Of a DNA stretch of 64,000 nt, positions 62,596 through 64,000 are shown in pieces. Each line of letters starts with the position of its first letter. The first letter of the stretch is position 1. A program made the position numbers and the translations under genes. Source of the stretch: Squalus acanthias. Lineage: Eukaryota. Location: contig JASTWF010000036.1 of assembly GCA_030390025.1 (NCBI GenBank), positions 124,001 through 188,000 of the forward strand, read 5' to 3'. Under the pieces are notes generated by a model. That model was given only the letters and a program-made list of their open reading frames with translations. It had not been told where the DNA came from and did not search any database.

Positions 62596-64000
62596 TAGCA
62601 AAATACTGCGGATGCTGGAAATCCGAAATAACAACAGAAAACGCTGGAAAAACTCAGCAGGCCAGGCAGCATCCGTGGAGAGAGAAAGAGAGTTAACGTT
62701 TCAGGTCGATGACCTTTCATCAGAACTGGGAAGAGCCGGAAATCAAATAGATTTAAGGCCAGGGTAAAGCTGGGAAAAGGGGGAGGGGATAAAGGAACAA
62801 AGGGGGAGATGAAGAGACATTAAGAGACATTAAGAGATATGCAAGGCTAGAGGTGGTGTTAATGTGACAGATTAAGGCTGAATGAAGTGTGAAATCCACT
62901 GGCAGAATGAAGGACAGCTGCCAGCTTCTAGGAGGAAAAGAAAAGGTGGGGGGGGGACAAATAAAAATAAAATATAAATGTGATTGGAGCTGAGGTTATG
63001 ATCTGAAATTGTTGAACTCGATGTTGAGTCCAGAGGGCTGTAGCGTGCCTAAACGAAAGATGAGGTGCTGTTCCTCGAGCTTACGCTGCGCTTCCGTGGA
63101 ACAGTGTAATAGGCCGAGGACGGTGAGGTCAGAGTGGGAGTGAAGCGGTGAATTAAAGTGACAGGCCACCGGGAGCTCGGGGTCCCCCTTACGGACTGAA
63201 CGGAGGTGTTCCGCAAAGCGGTCACCCAATCTGCGTTTGGTCTCCCCAATGTAGAGGAGTCCACATCGTGAGCAGCGAATACAGTATACTAAATTGCAGG
63301 AAGTACAAGTAAATCGCTGTTTCACCTGGAAGGGGTGTTTGGGGCCCTGGACAGTGGGAAGAGGGGAGGTATAAGGGCATGTGTTGCATCTCCTGCGCGT
63401 GCACGGGAAGGTGCCGGGCGAAGGGGAAGGGGTGCTGGGGGTGGTAGAGGAGTAGACTAGGGTGTCGCGGAGGGAGCGGTCCCTACGGAATGCTGAAAGG
63501 GGAGGTGAGGGGAAGATGCGTTTAGTGGTGGGATCACGCTGGAGGTGGCGGAAATGGCGGAGGATGATCCGTTGCATGTGGAGGCTGGTGGGATGAAAGG
63601 TGAGGACAAGGGGAACTCTATCGTGGCTCCAGGAGGGAGGGGCAGGGGTGAGGGCAGAAGTGCGGGAGATAGAACGGACACGGTCGAGGGCCGTGTCGAC
63701 CACGGTAGAGGGGAATCCTCGGTTGAGGAAAAAGGAAGACATGTCGGAAGCACTGGTATGGAAGGTGGCATCATCAGAGCAGATGCGGCGGAGACGGAGA
63801 AACTGGGAGAATGGAATAGAGTCCTTACAGGAGGCGGGGTGGGAGGAAGTGTAGTCCAGGTAGCTGTGGGAGTCAGTGGGCTTGTAGTGAATGTTAGTCA
63901 ATAACCTATCCCCAGAGATGGAGATGGAGAAGTCGAGGAAGGGAAGGGAAGAGTCGGAGATGGACCATGTGAAGGTGAGGGAAGGGTGGAAATTGGAAGC
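62596..64000 (-). mobile_element. Penelope-like retroelement: RT C-terminus, GIY-YIG endonuclease (stop at 62996) and 3' region
   Basis: Frame open from the window edge: ...LPFLDFSI...HYKPTDSHSYLDYTSSHP...CNLVYCIRCSRCGLLYIGETKRRLGDRFAEH...GLN. Confidence 0.92.
62691..62727 (-). ncRNA. Minimal hammerhead ribozyme motif in the Penelope 3' region
   Basis: AGTT-CTGATGA-A-AGGTC-ATC-GACCT-GAAA-CGTT-AACT on the - strand. Confidence 0.78.

Overview
Vertebrate genomic DNA. The CR1, L2, Penelope and Deu-type SINE repeats and the GC-rich, minisatellite-packed introns point to a cartilaginous fish (inference). The + strand carries the last 18 coding exons of a class IIa histone deacetylase (6792-53422). 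All have GT-AG ends and consistent phases, joining to 2223 nt (740 aa plus stop). The best call is HDAC7, supported by diagnostic residues and by the last exon of SLC48A1/HRG1 lying convergently on the - strand (61936-62072), as in human. Introns are filled with CR1 fragments, L2-like 3' ends, tRNA-derived SINEs, Penelope-like elements with hammerhead ribozyme motifs, PIF/Harbinger-like non-autonomous elements and about ten minisatellite families. Most notable: (i) many minisatellites are amplified internal segments of retroposons; (ii) five minisatellite families occur in both orientations inside the HDAC7 pre-mRNA; (iii) a Harbinger-like MITE family has covarying hairpins and three conserved splice-donor (U1-like) motifs; (iv) an array of about 100 consensus 5' splice sites follows a weaker true donor; (v) a palindromic element carries a hammerhead on each strand. 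Most long ORFs in the supplied track are translations of tandem repeats. There is a 200-N gap at 62128-62327. Repeat boundaries are approximate and were read by eye.
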